From the NCBI GenBank assembly GCA_964601275.1, contig CAZRMV010000001.1, positions 343,834 to 407,833 on the forward strand: 64,000 nt of DNA, written 5' to 3'. The number at the start of each line of letters is the position of its first letter. Positions within the stretch are counted from its first letter, which is position 1. A model generated the notes under the pieces. That model ran no database searches. It was given only the letters and a program-made list of their open reading frames with translations, and had not been told where the DNA came from. A program made the position numbers and the translations under genes. Shown piece by piece: positions 47,899 to 56,629 of this stretch. The DNA is from an uncultured bacterium (GTDB taxonomy: Bacteria > Krumholzibacteriota > Krumholzibacteriia > JAJRXK01).

Positions 47899-49032
47899 TC
47901 AGGCGGAGGGCGGCGTGGTTCCGGTCACCGCGGCCGCGAAATGGGACCACGAGAACCGCGGTCTCGCGCGCACGACCGCGTCCTCCATGGGTACCTGGAG
48001 CTTCTCCGCGAAGAACCGGATCACCGCCGCGGCAAGGGCGGCCGAATCGCCGGGGGGCACGAGCAGGCCGGTCACCCCGTTCTCGACCACTTCTCCCAGG
48101 CCTCCCACCTCCGTGGAGACCACCGCGCGCCCCATGTGGTAGGCGACGGGGATGATTCCGCTCTGGGTGGCGTGACGGTAGGGAAGGACCACCACGTCGG
48201 CGGCGGAGAACCAGGGGGCGACCTGGTCGTTGGGGATGTAGTCGGCCACGAACCGCACCGCGTCCTCCACTCCCTCCCGCCGGACCAGCTCGCGGTAGCG
48301 TGTCTCGTCCTCGTAGAACTCCCCGACCACGAGCAGGCGTGCCCGCGGGCGCGCGTTCCGGATGGCGGGCAGGGCGGAGAGGAGGAGATCGAGTCCCTTG
48401 TAACGGCGGATGAATCCGAAGAAGAGAAGGATCTCATCCTGCGGATCCAGCTCGAGCCGAGCCCGCGCCGCGGCGCGATCCATCGCGTCGCCGAACTGGC
48501 CGTAGAGCGGATGCGGCGTGACCGCGACCCGGGCGGAGGGACAACAGTGGAGCAGGTCCTCCTTCACCGCCTGGGTCATCACCACGAAACGGTCGGCCCG
48601 GGAGAGGAACCACCGGGTGAGCAAGGCGTCCATCGGACGGCGTTCGTGGGGGACCACGTTGTCGGCCACCACCACGGTCTCCGGGCGTCCCCGGCGGACG
48701 CTGCCCCGCAGGATACTCCCGAAGCAGGGCGCGAAGAACGGCATCCAGTAGCGGAACACGAGCAGGTCGGGATCGAGCCGGCGGATTCTCCGGGCGGTCT
48801 TCCACCAACTCCAGGGTTGGATCGAGTCGATCCATGGTTCGGCGCCGACGTCGAGCGCGGCCTCTCCCGGGTGGGTCTGGGACTTCCCGGGGAAGAGCAG
48901 CGCCGGGTACTGCCGGGAGAAGGTGAGGACGTGCACCTGGTGATGCCGCTTCAGTTCACGGGCCAACAGATCGTTGAAGTGGGCGATGCCACCCCGCCAG
49001 GGGCTGGCCGGTCCCAACAGTACGATGCGCAT
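47899..49032 (-). CDS. GT4-family glycosyltransferase
   Basis: Start MRIVLLGPASPWRGGIAHF within ORF 47899..49416 (the N-terminal 128 aa of that ORF are low-complexity). Donor-binding GT4 signature VVLPYRHATQSGIIPVAYHMGRAVVSTEVGGLGEVVENGVTGLLVPP. Confidence 0.85.
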   Translation of the reverse strand: MRIVLLGPASPWRGGIAHFNDLLARELKRHHQVHVLTFSRQYPALLFPGKSQTHPGEAALDVGAEPWIDSIQPWSWWKTARRIRRLDPDLLVFRYWMPFFAPCFGSILRGSVRRGRPETVVVADNVVPHERRPMDALLTRWFLSRADRFVVMTQAVKEDLLHCCPSARVAVTPHPLYGQFGDAMDRAAARARLELDPQDEILLFFGFIRRYKGLDLLLSALPAIRNARPRARLLVVGEFYEDETRYRELVRREGVEDAVRFVADYIPNDQVAPWFSAADVVVLPYRHATQSGIIPVAYHMGRAVVSTEVGGLGEVVENGVTGLLVPPGDSAALAAAVIRFFAEKLQVPMEDAVVRARPRFSWSHFAAAVTGTTPPSA

Positions 49033-49184
49033 CGTCGTCTCCCTGCCGGCTCGACGCGTCGAGTCCTTGCGCTCCACCGCCCGCGATTTCCGGGGACGCC
49101 GCCCGGCGGTTGTGGTGACGCCGCGCGACCGCGTCCCGGCGATTCGGGCTCGGTGGCCGGGGATTCTCTGGTATACTGGCCAGG

Positions 49185-51203
49185 ATGGACCGGGCAGATC
49201 TGATTCTGGGCTCTCTCTTGGCCTACTCCCTGGCCTGTGCCCTCCACCTGGGGCTCGCGGCGATGATCTTCGCACGTCGCCCCCGCCACAGCGAAGTGAA
49301 GATCTTCGCCGGGGCGAATCTCGCGCTCTCCGCCTGGCATTTCCTGCAACTGGTCGAGTATGGCATGGCGCTGCGGACGGGCGGCATCGATCCCTGGTGG
49401 GCGGTGCAGCTGGCACGGGCCCAGGTGATGCTCGAGCTGCTGGTCCTGGTCGTCTTCCTGCAGCTCTTCGCGACCTTCCAGCGGCTGTACCGTCGACCGC
49501 CGCCGAGTCTCCGCGCCGCCATCGTCACCCACGTGCAGCGTCACCGTCGGGTCTACATCGGATTCGCGTGGTGGGGATTGCTCATGGCCCTCTTGCTCTA
49601 CGCCACCGGCGGCGAGCGCTTCCAGGCGCAGGTAGGGCAGTGGCGTTCGCTTCTCGGACCTCTGTCCGCGTATCTCTTCGCCGGGGTCCTCATCTTCCTC
49701 ACCCTGATCCTCTTTCCCGCGCGGCCCGGTCAGGAAGAGGTGGGGGTGGCGGTCGTGGGCCGCGGTCTGCTCCTGTTCATTCTCTCCTTGTGCGCGGTGC
49801 TCGTGGCCTTCTGGCACGATGCGCACCCCACCCGGGTTCGTCTGGCGGTGCTTCCGCTCCTCCATCTGCAGAGCGTTTCCTTCGTCATCTTCTTCAGCCT
49901 GGTCCGATACGAGTTCTCCTTCATGGACCGGTACATCCGCGACGGGCTCCGGTTGCTCTTGTGGTCGGCTCTCGCACTGGTCGTCTACTTCACCTCCAAC
50001 CGGATCGAGTTCGTGGGAGAAAGCTGGGGGCGCTACGCAACGAGCTTGGCCCGGGTGGGACTCATCTTCCTGGCGGTCGCCATCGGACCGGCGTTGGACC
50101 GGGCGAGCCGGCCGTGGCTGGATCGGGTCTTGTTCGACCGCGATGTCAACCTGTACCGGGCGGTGCACCGTTTCGCCGAACGGTTGAGCCGCTCCCGTTC
50201 GCTCACCGAACTGGAGAAGGGAGCCCTGCAGGACATCCAGGCTGCGGTGCACCCGAAGACCTTGCGGTTGTTGGTGGGAGACACGCCGCGCCATCGGAGG
50301 ATCGCCGAGACCCTCGACGACGGGGAGGTCCGTTATCGCTTGAGGATTCCCCTCTTGGCGGCGGGAAGGGCGATGGGCTGGTTGCTTCTGGGGGAACGGC
50401 GCAACTGCTACCCCTGGTTCGACGCCGAACGCCGCTACCTGCGGCTGGTGGGCGAACTGTTGGGAAGCGCCCTGGACGCCATGGGGGCCGGCATGCTCGA
50501 AGTCCGCAGCGGGGCGGCCCAACGCGGCCGCCGGGAGGATCTCGAGAACGAGATCGAGACCCTTCGCCAGGAGCTGCATGCGACGCGCCGCGAGTGCGAG
50601 GCGGCGCGCCGCGAACTGGCGGAGATGAAGGAGAGGCTCGATCCGCAGCTCATCGACGCGGTGCTGGAGATCGCGGTGGAGGTCGCCGAACGCGACGCGG
50701 ACGAGGCCCTGCAGATCCTGAGCACCCTGCGGTGGACCTACGCGTACATCCTCGAAGGGGGCAATCCCCTGGTGACCCTTCGTGTGGAGATGGCCTTCGC
50801 CCGCGATCTGTTGGCCCTGGAGAAACTGCGCCTGCGCAATCAGCTCGAGGTCAGCCTGGCCCTCGACCCCGTCCTCGAGCGGCAGCTCGTTCCCCGGAGG
50901 ATGCTGCAGCCGCTGATCGAGAATGCCCTCAGGCACGGTCTCTCCCGCGAGTTGCGGACGGGCAGGATCCACGTGGGCGCAAGAGCGGTCTCCGGCCGGT
51001 GCGAGATCACGGTGGAAGACAACGGGCGGGGCTTCCTGGGCGATCTGCACCAGGACGCCCTGCGGGGCGACGGAGGATTGGCCCGGGTCCTGCGCGCGCT
51101 CCGCCGGGCCTTCGGGGACGAGGTTTCCTTGCGGCTGCAATCGCCGCGGGAACCGGGCACCCGCATCTGCCTCGAGTTCCCCATCCGTCTCGAGGGCGAA
51201 TGA
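49185..51203 (+). CDS. LytS/YehU-type membrane sensor (His_kinase PF06580-like + HATPase), phospho-acceptor His apparently replaced by Gln
   Basis: About 6 N-terminal TM helices and a linker. A LytS-type dimerisation/H-box region ERLDPQLIDAVLEIAVEVAERDADEALQILSTLRWTY aligns to the consensus QINPHFLFNTLNSI...LSDLLRYSL with Q at the His position. N-box MLQPLIENALRHGL; G-boxes TVEDNGRGF and GTRICLEFP. Confidence 0.7.
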   Translation: MDRADLILGSLLAYSLACALHLGLAAMIFARRPRHSEVKIFAGANLALSAWHFLQLVEYGMALRTGGIDPWWAVQLARAQVMLELLVLVVFLQLFATFQRLYRRPPPSLRAAIVTHVQRHRRVYIGFAWWGLLMALLLYATGGERFQAQVGQWRSLLGPLSAYLFAGVLIFLTLILFPARPGQEEVGVAVVGRGLLLFILSLCAVLVAFWHDAHPTRVRLAVLPLLHLQSVSFVIFFSLVRYEFSFMDRYIRDGLRLLLWSALALVVYFTSNRIEFVGESWGRYATSLARVGLIFLAVAIGPALDRASRPWLDRVLFDRDVNLYRAVHRFAERLSRSRSLTELEKGALQDIQAAVHPKTLRLLVGDTPRHRRIAETLDDGEVRYRLRIPLLAAGRAMGWLLLGERRNCYPWFDAERRYLRLVGELLGSALDAMGAGMLEVRSGAAQRGRREDLENEIETLRQELHATRRECEAARRELAEMKERLDPQLIDAVLEIAVEVAERDADEALQILSTLRWTYAYILEGGNPLVTLRVEMAFARDLLALEKLRLRNQLEVSLALDPVLERQLVPRRMLQPLIENALRHGLSRELRTGRIHVGARAVSGRCEITVEDNGRGFLGDLHQDALRGDGGLARVLRALRRAFGDEVSLRLQSPREPGTRICLEFPIRLEGE

Positions 51204-51288
51204 GCTTCTGCGGCGGATGGCGGAGACGAGGCCGGTGCGGAGGGCGAGGGAAGTGCGCCGGATCCTCGATGCGGCCGCCATGTCACAC

Positions 51289-51963
51289 TCACGGGTGCAG
51301 GTACTTGTAACCCTTCTCCCCTGCCCGGACGGCGGCCTTCAGGCGGTTGCGTTCGGGGGTGATCGGGCAGGACCATGCGCCGCCGTAGGCGCAGTAGGGA
51401 TTGTAGGCCCGGTTGAGATCGAGACGGTACCGGCCGTGGCCCAAGGGAACGGGATCGAGGTAACGACCGGCGGGGTAGGTCTCCACCTCGGTGGTGGCGT
51501 CCAGGAAGGGCAGGAAGAGTTCTCCGTCATCGAGCATGCGGTAGACCGGAAGTCTTTCCATGCCGGCTCCCAGGTCCAGGAGGAAATATCCGATCTCCTC
51601 GGCCTTGCGATCCTCGCCCCCGGTGTCGGGAATGGTGGTGGGACGCGGATGCGCCAGCGGGATCAAGGGGCCCTCCAGGACCCAGCGGGGATCGGGCGGG
51701 TAGAACTGGAGCCCTTTCCAGTGGGGCAGGTCTTCCTTGGGGATCGGTGATTGGCCGGGGTCGCGCCAGGCCCGCTCCCGCGCGGCGCGCTCGGCGCGGA
51801 TCGCGTCCAGGTAGGATGCGGGATCGTCCAGCCGGGCCGGACGGCAGAGTTCGTCGGAACCGCCCCACCCGCAGCCGGCCAGCCAGAGTGCGGCGAGCAG
51901 CAGGAACCCTCCAGTGTACCAGGGCCTCGATCGTGGTCTGATGTCTTGCCTGGATCGCGCCAT
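51289..51963 (-). CDS. DUF1684-family lipoprotein
   Basis: Lipoprotein signal LLLAALWLAGC. DUF1684 signatures FYPPDPRWV, YPAGRYLDPVPLGHGRYRLDLNRAYNPYCAYGGAWSCPITPERNRLKAAVRAGEKGY. Confidence 0.75.
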   Translation of the reverse strand: MARSRQDIRPRSRPWYTGGFLLLAALWLAGCGWGGSDELCRPARLDDPASYLDAIRAERAARERAWRDPGQSPIPKEDLPHWKGLQFYPPDPRWVLEGPLIPLAHPRPTTIPDTGGEDRKAEEIGYFLLDLGAGMERLPVYRMLDDGELFLPFLDATTEVETYPAGRYLDPVPLGHGRYRLDLNRAYNPYCAYGGAWSCPITPERNRLKAAVRAGEKGYKYLHP

Positions 51964-52013
51964 GTCCCTAGCCTAGCAAAGCGACCGATTTCGTCCAATG
52001 CGAGAGGTGACCG

Positions 52014-54479
52014 TTGCCATCGGCCAAGACCGTCATCGTCGTTCTCAACTGGAACGGCAAGCAGGACACCCTCGAGTGTCTCAAGAGCCTGCAGAACGTC
52101 ACCGGCCCCGAGCACGAGATCCTCGTGGTGGACAACGGGAGCGAGGACGGGAGCGAGGAAGCGATCCGGGCCGCCCATCCCGGGATTCCCGTCCTTCAGA
52201 CCGGCTCGAACCTGGGATTCGCCGGAGGGAACAACCGGGGCATCGAGTGGGCCCTGGAGCACGGTGCCGACTTCGTCCTCCTGCTGAACAACGATACCGT
52301 GGTGGCCCCGGATTTCCTCGAGGCCATGGTCGCGGTGGCGCGGGAGGACCCCCAGGTCGGCGTGGTGGGCGCCAGCATCGCCTACGAGGAGCGCCCCGAC
52401 CGACTGTGGGCCTTCGGGGGCGGGCGTTTCGACATCGCCACCGGCTGGGTGCGTCATCTGCAGGAACCGGTGGAAGGCGAGAGACTTCTCCCGCAGGGAA
52501 ACCGGCATTTCTACGTCACCGGTTGCGCGATGCTTCTTCGCCGCGAACTGCTGGAGGAGGTCGGCCTTCTGGACACCTCCTACTTCCATTTCTGCGAGGA
52601 CGTCGATCTGTGCCTTCGCGCGGAGAAAGCGGGGTACGCCGTCGCGGTGGCAGACCGGGCGCGGATCCTACACAAGGTGTCGGCCACCACCCGCGTCTCC
52701 TCCCCGCTCTTTCTCTACTACAACCTGCGCTCGCGCTTGAGCCTCGTGCGCCGTCACGGTCCCGAAGGCGCACCCTCGGCACGGGCGGTGGCGCTTCTCT
52801 GGCTGCGGCTGTGGCGCCCCGCCCTCCTCAGCGGAATGGCGTGGTCCGGATGGAGCGCCTTGCGGCAGGCCTACCGCGACTGGAAGGAAGGACGCCAGGG
52901 GCCGGCTCCGGCCGGCCTGGGATCGTCCGGAAGGAAGCGGGGCCTGCTCGCGGTGGCGGTCTTCCTGCTGTTGGTGGGGGGATGGTGGGCCGGGGGGCAG
53001 CGCTGGCGTTCGGAATCCCGGAACTCTTCGGCCGGCGCGGCGTCTTCGCCGAGCGTCCAGGACCGCCAGCTTCGGTTCGGGGCCGATGCCCGCAGCGAGG
53101 AGGAGATCCTGCGTGCGCTCTGGAAGGATGAAGAGGGGGATCCGCCCCAGGATCTCGCCCACGCTCTCTACGCCATGGCGGCCGACTCCAGCCTGGCCCG
53201 CCGGGTCCGGCAGAGGGCCGACCGGCGCTCCCGGCGGCTCACCCACCGGCTCCTCACCCTGCTCGATCTGAGCGACCGTCAGGCCCGGGAGAGGATCGAC
53301 GGGCTCTACGAGGTGCACGATTTCGGGGCCCAGCCCGGTCACCGTCCTCCCACATGGAGCGACCTGCGCCGCCAGGGAGTCGAGCTGTTGCAGGCCATCG
53401 CGCTCGATCCGGAAAACGGCCGCGACGCCCGCCTCCTGCGGGAGATCGCCGGGGACGAACTCTCCCACACCCGCGGGTACGCGCGCGCCAGCCTGGTGGC
53501 GGCCCGGGTGGAACTGTGGAAGGCCTGGTGGATCGATCGGGGAATGGATCCCCGCCTGTGGTTGGACCCGGCCCGCCGGCCCGACCCCGGGCCCTGGCTC
53601 AGGGCCCTGCGTTCGCCCCCCGGACGGGGCGGCCGCACCCTCCTCGACCTGCTCGAGGAGATCCTGGATCATCCGCTGGCCCGGAGGGTCCTGCTGGACT
53701 CCCTCGATCGACGGGTGGACGAGGAGCTGGTCAGCGAGTGCGTCCAGGTGGCGATGATGTACCAGGTCGATTTCTCCGCCGCCGGTTTTTCCCGGCGGCA
53801 TTGGGATGCGCAACGGGGGCGCATGGTGGGACACAACGCCTCGGAGCTCCGCGACGTGGCCCTGGAGATGTTGCCCCGGGTGTGTTCCTTTCTCCCCAGC
53901 GGGGCCACCGAGGACGAGGTGATCAAGAGCATCGCGTTCTGGTGGAAGGGGGCGCGCTTCCAGGCGCAGTACTATCGCGATCCGGATGCCGCTCCCACCC
54001 TCGAGCCCTGGCTGGCCGGTCTGGACCGGCCGGCCGATGAGGGCGGGATGCCCATGCCCCGCATCTTGCGCCAGTGGTACGTCGCCGATGGGTTCCAGGG
54101 CATCCTCCTGGACCAGTTGGACCGGGTGGGTCAGGGCCTGGTTGCCGAACTCATCGAGTGGCTCGGCTACGATCAAGAGCAGGCGCGCGCGCGGGGATTC
54201 GTCTTCGCCTACCGCCGGATGCCCCTGCGACCGGTGCCCGGCGATCAGGGTCGGATGTGGGCCATCCCGTGGAGCGGGGTCCAGGCTCTCATCCGAGAGA
54301 TGCTACGGCGGATCACCGGCGACGCGGGACTTCCCGAGCAGGGGATGGAAGAAGACCTGCGCAACGGGTTCTGGATCGATTGGTGGAGGGCCCACGCCCA
54401 CGAGGCGCGCTGGTATCGCAACGGGCGGCCCCAACCCGCTCCTCCGCGCTTCGAGATGGAACGCGCGGGAGGAGACTGA
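52014..54479 (+). CDS. GT2-family glycosyltransferase (WbbL/rhamnosyltransferase-like 'NWN' subfamily) fused via a TM helix to a ~480-aa C-terminal domain of unknown function
   Basis: N-terminal ~290 aa with VIVVLNWNGKQDTLECL, ILVVDNGSEDGS, NLGFAGGNNRGI and DxD-like FCEDVDLC. One predicted TM segment (LLAVAVFLLLVGGWWAGG). The helical, W/R-rich C-terminal domain matches nothing I recognise. Confidence 0.75.
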   Translation: MPSAKTVIVVLNWNGKQDTLECLKSLQNVTGPEHEILVVDNGSEDGSEEAIRAAHPGIPVLQTGSNLGFAGGNNRGIEWALEHGADFVLLLNNDTVVAPDFLEAMVAVAREDPQVGVVGASIAYEERPDRLWAFGGGRFDIATGWVRHLQEPVEGERLLPQGNRHFYVTGCAMLLRRELLEEVGLLDTSYFHFCEDVDLCLRAEKAGYAVAVADRARILHKVSATTRVSSPLFLYYNLRSRLSLVRRHGPEGAPSARAVALLWLRLWRPALLSGMAWSGWSALRQAYRDWKEGRQGPAPAGLGSSGRKRGLLAVAVFLLLVGGWWAGGQRWRSESRNSSAGAASSPSVQDRQLRFGADARSEEEILRALWKDEEGDPPQDLAHALYAMAADSSLARRVRQRADRRSRRLTHRLLTLLDLSDRQARERIDGLYEVHDFGAQPGHRPPTWSDLRRQGVELLQAIALDPENGRDARLLREIAGDELSHTRGYARASLVAARVELWKAWWIDRGMDPRLWLDPARRPDPGPWLRALRSPPGRGGRTLLDLLEEILDHPLARRVLLDSLDRRVDEELVSECVQVAMMYQVDFSAAGFSRRHWDAQRGRMVGHNASELRDVALEMLPRVCSFLPSGATEDEVIKSIAFWWKGARFQAQYYRDPDAAPTLEPWLAGLDRPADEGGMPMPRILRQWYVADGFQGILLDQLDRVGQGLVAELIEWLGYDQEQARARGFVFAYRRMPLRPVPGDQGRMWAIPWSGVQALIREMLRRITGDAGLPEQGMEEDLRNGFWIDWWRAHAHEARWYRNGRPQPAPPRFEMERAGGD

Positions 54480-54493
54480 AGGACGGACCCAGG

Positions 54494-56629
54494 ATGCGAC
54501 CTTCCCTTTTCTTCCCGCGATCCCCTCGTCCCCCCGGGGCGTTCGTGCTCTTCGGCCTCTGGGTCCTTCTGATCGTGGGGGGCGCACTCGGGTGCGGTGG
54601 CTCGGTCCCCCTGCGCCGGACCGGCGCCCTGAACCGTCCGGAACTCATGGATCACCCGGCGATCGAGAACGCCGCCATCACCTTGCTCGAGGCGGCCCGG
54701 GCCGCCCTGCGCGACGGGGTGGCGCCCGACGCCCCCCAGCGCTGGATGCTCAGCCCCCTGGTCACCGGGGACGGCGATTGGGAGGCCTCGGTGCTGTGCT
54801 GGGACCTGGCCAGCCGGATCGGCCGGCTGCGCCCGGTGGACGCCGGGGACCGGCTCGAGTCGGTGCCGGCGATCCAGGCCTGGCTGCGCCGGGTGGGTTC
54901 GGAGGCGGTGGTCTGGGTGGTCACCAGCCGGGGGAGGTATCGACCGAGTCTGGGGCTCACCATCTGCTCGGGAACCCGGAGCTGGTCCAGCGCGCCGGTG
55001 GAGGTGGGGATTCCCCGCGACGAGATCTGGGCCTGGCCCTTCGATCCGCAGGAGAACCCTCCTCTGGCCCGGCTCGATCTGGACGGCGGCGAGGCCTTCT
55101 TCGAATGGGAAGGGAAGGTCTACGTGGAGGATCGCCGGGGCGCCCGGGAACTGAGCTGGCACCGGGGCAAGAGGGAACTGGTGGCCGGCAAGCTGCGCCC
55201 CTGGAAGGACTTCGGCCGCACCTGGATCACCCGGCACCAGGGGCTGCCCGAAGATCCCAGTCCCGCCTTGAGCCTGTTGCGCCGGGATCTGCGCCTCGTC
55301 CTGCGGGATCTGGATCTTCCCCGCGGGGAAGGGGAGATCATGCGATGGTGGTTGAGCCGGGGAGGGGGCGCCATCGAGCTGCCCCTGCGCCGTGCCACCG
55401 CCGAGCAGGTGCGGGGAATCCAGGCGGCTCCCCGGGGTTGGGACGAACGGGGTACCTGGCTGGTCCTTCGCGAAGCCCCCGGCCACAACCCCTGGGTCGA
55501 ACTCTATGCCGCGTCGTTGCGCAAGCTGCCCCGACCCAGGGAACGGAAGGAGAACCCCAGGGAGACCATCCGGGTGCTCTGTGATGTGGACCATCCGTTC
55601 ACCCTCCCGGGACCCGCGTGGGCCCTGAAGGAGACCCATGAACTCGAGATCGCGCGGACGCCGCCGGGAGTGGACTGGGCCTTGACCGCGCGTTGGAATC
55701 CCCTGTTTCCCTGGCTCAGTCCCCTGGAATTCTGGCAGCGGGGGGTGGTGGGTCTCGATGCGGTGCGTCGGGGAGAGATCGATCCTTCGATGCACGTGGT
55801 GCGGATGTGCGCCCTCGAAGACGAGTTTCCCCGCTGGGTGGCCCGATCCGCGAGGGGACCGTTGGCGCTGGGGGACCGCGCGTTCTGGCGTCGATTCCCC
55901 GCCATTCCGCTCTACGGCGTGGCACGGGTCGATCCACGGCTGCCCCGCCGGGTGCGCCGGACCCTGGCCGGATGGTTGGCCCAGTTGGGGCCCTTCGAAC
56001 TCTTCGGCCTGGACCGCGAGGATCTCCGGCCGCGGATGCCCCTCACCGGCGATCTGCGTCCTCCCCGGGAAGACGCCGGGCCCGCGCCTTCGCAGTGGCC
56101 CTTGGCGGTGGTGGATTCGCTCCGGGAGCGGGGAGGGTTGCGTCTCAGTTTCTGCGGATCTCCCGGTCTGCTGGATCCCTCTCCCTACACCTGGCGGCGG
56201 GAACTGGAACGACGGCTGCGATTCCTCCTGGAGCAGGCGGGGGTCCCGCTGGCCCCGAGGTCGCAAGGCGCGGCGGGACCGGAGTGTCCGCCGGAGACCC
56301 GGTATGCCACTCCTCTGCCCAGCGGTGTCGACCTGGCGCGGCTGATCCTTCCGTTCGCCGAACCCCGCGCGCGGATGGACGCGCTGCTGACCGGCCTGGG
56401 ACTGCGGGAGAGGTGGCGGCGGGATCACCCGGAGAGCGACCCGTCCGAGGTGGAAGAATGGCTTCTGGACGAGGGCTACCTGGTGCCCTTGTGGACCGAA
56501 CCGGGAGCGGTCTTCATCGACCGGCGCCTGGCGGCGTGTGTCCATGATTCGATGATGGTCCTACCCGACCTGCGGGAGGCGGTCCTGGTTCCCGAGGAAG
56601 AACTCGCACCCTTCGACCGGCAACGATGA
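54494..56629 (+). CDS. secreted/lipoprotein-like hypothetical protein (711 aa), W-rich periplasmic domain of unknown function
   Basis: Start MRPSLFFPRSP within ORF 54074..56629, 14 nt after the GT2-fusion stop. Signal region FVLFGLWVLLIVGGALGCGGS. Its stop overlaps the next gene's ATG (ATGA). No family recognised. Confidence 0.5.
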   Translation: MRPSLFFPRSPRPPGAFVLFGLWVLLIVGGALGCGGSVPLRRTGALNRPELMDHPAIENAAITLLEAARAALRDGVAPDAPQRWMLSPLVTGDGDWEASVLCWDLASRIGRLRPVDAGDRLESVPAIQAWLRRVGSEAVVWVVTSRGRYRPSLGLTICSGTRSWSSAPVEVGIPRDEIWAWPFDPQENPPLARLDLDGGEAFFEWEGKVYVEDRRGARELSWHRGKRELVAGKLRPWKDFGRTWITRHQGLPEDPSPALSLLRRDLRLVLRDLDLPRGEGEIMRWWLSRGGGAIELPLRRATAEQVRGIQAAPRGWDERGTWLVLREAPGHNPWVELYAASLRKLPRPRERKENPRETIRVLCDVDHPFTLPGPAWALKETHELEIARTPPGVDWALTARWNPLFPWLSPLEFWQRGVVGLDAVRRGEIDPSMHVVRMCALEDEFPRWVARSARGPLALGDRAFWRRFPAIPLYGVARVDPRLPRRVRRTLAGWLAQLGPFELFGLDREDLRPRMPLTGDLRPPREDAGPAPSQWPLAVVDSLRERGGLRLSFCGSPGLLDPSPYTWRRELERRLRFLLEQAGVPLAPRSQGAAGPECPPETRYATPLPSGVDLARLILPFAEPRARMDALLTGLGLRERWRRDHPESDPSEVEEWLLDEGYLVPLWTEPGAVFIDRRLAACVHDSMMVLPDLREAVLVPEEELAPFDRQR

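Noticed and set aside
49160-49184. TATACT hexamer 10 nt upstream of the LytS-like sensor ATG as a possible -10 element
   Set aside because: It is too close to the start codon for a conventional leader, and there is no matching -35. It may be coincidental.
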